Below, piece after piece: positions 15,001 to 15,026 of a stretch of DNA of 15,026 nucleotides (its first letter is position 1; each line of letters starts with the position of its first letter). The notes under the pieces are model-generated. The model made no database searches. It was not told the DNA's origin and saw only the letters and a list, made by a program, of their open reading frames with translations. Location: contig JBFYKJ010000062.1 in assembly GCA_041306005.1 (NCBI GenBank), forward strand, positions 1 through 15,026, written 5' to 3'. The stretch comes from Candidatus Altiarchaeota archaeon. Lineage in GTDB: Archaea > Altiarchaeota > Altiarchaeia > JAFGQM01. A program made the translations under genes and the position numbers.

Positions 15001-15026
15001 GAGCGCGACTGCCTCATAGGCCACGG
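12016..15026 (+). CDS. rpoB: DNA-directed RNA polymerase subunit B (RpoB), 3'-truncated by the window edge, apparently unsplit (no B''/B' break)
   Basis: Continuous reading frame of ~1003 codons from ATG 12016 to the window end. The N-terminus reads MQITREDLIKHQLNSYNDFI. Conserved motifs seen are GYFIINGRERVVI, PCETPEGQNCGLVKNLA, SRHGQKGV and GEMERD. A GAGG Shine-Dalgarno-like element lies 6 nt upstream. The ORF track does not list this gene because it has no stop in the window. Confidence 0.9.
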   Translation, partial: MQITREDLIKHQLNSYNDFINNVMQGIVDEAGVIETRIPNLQIKFGKISLERPDTKEIDSTVHKITPLDARLRNMTYAGRLVLEIIAVQDGVERPPINAVVGEFPIMVKSDYCWLNSLKGGELAELGEDARDFGGYFIINGRERVVIILEDLAPNTIISSLDEIAGKDNITVKVFSTRQGFRSRIAVTRKEMRTGETLYVSFPGLPRILPLSVVLRALGLKDSEIMELFEDEEKPEVKVNLELCKVDSETEALKYIGTRVAVGQRVEIQVTRAQQVLDMFLLPHVGNDDESRRRKAVFLARMAKRAIEIDLGTREVDDKDHYMNKRLKIAGDMMEELFRTAFGALVKDVKYQTEKNYARRKKIDLRRAVRPEVFTKRVMYSLATGNWPGGRTGISQILDRTNYIAVLAHLRRVTSTLSRTHPHFEARDLHGTHWGRFCPCETPEGQNCGLVKNLALSARITREHDPKVVEEALKEFNADSGKYVIEVNGKIIGFVDNPNRVAKKVKSLRRQGKLDVDVNVGIFEENKEIQIFCDKGRVQRPLAIVEDGKPLITKAELEKIKKGELGIDKFVAEGKVEYIDSLEEENAYTAVDYKEISPDHSHLELDTSLIVGVGASIIPYSEYNSSPRITMGAAMSKQSLGYYATNFSARNDTRANMMNYAQEPLVTTHGFKISEYDKLPSGQNFVVAIMSYDGYNLEDAVIFNKSSIDRGLGVSTFFRTYEIEEKRYPGGQKDRFELPTEEVEGFRGPESYRLLDTTGIVDPGTPVSSSDVLIGKTSPPRFLEEIGEFGLLGDKRRESSMCVRPRESGIVDQVILTVLDNGNRLSKIRVRKHRFPELGDKFASRHGQKGVVGMLVKHEDMPFTELGVVPDLIINPHAIPSRMTVGHLLEMVGSKVGSMEGRIVDGTLFKGEKEPELRDALKAAGFSSTGREAMYDGRTGKKYSCEMYICPIYYQKLHHMVAGKMHARSRGPVTLLTHQPTEGRANEGGLRFGEMERDCLIGH

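Overview
GC-rich (~58-60%) archaeal chromosomal segment. Calls are based on recognisable protein families, oligo-T terminators and TATA boxes ~25-27 nt upstream of start codons. The left 6.5 kb is a block of minus-strand genes. These are the purine-biosynthesis gene purP, two paralogous membrane-anchored beta-sandwich proteins, a tiny membrane protein, a class I/II PLP aminotransferase, ribosomal protein L15e, and a DUF373-type polytopic membrane protein with a C-terminal PRC-barrel-like tail. A 266-bp divergent promoter region at 6553-6818 carries a strong C-tract / G-quadruplex motif. It separates that block from a plus-strand block made of an SPFH/band-7 (stomatin-like) protein, a compositionally atypical 147-aa basic hypothetical protein, trpB, a small 4-TM membrane protein, trpA, ndk, rpoH and an apparently unsplit rpoB, which runs off the right end of the window. 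I found no rRNA, tRNA, CRISPR array or obvious transposase. Non-coding features that stand out: (i) a ~10-copy tandem heptamer array (GGTCTKC)n directly after the SPFH stop codon, plus three further exact copies of its 10-mer core TTTTCGGTCT at other gene boundaries; (ii) a ~150-nt hairpin-rich putative leader upstream of rpl15e; (iii) a cluster of GC-rich stem-loops and G-tracts in the 317-bp ndk-rpoH spacer. No canonical defence or mobile system is evident. The most system-like candidates are the SPFH + orphan basic protein + heptamer-array locus and the paralogous ectodomain membrane-protein cluster next to purP.
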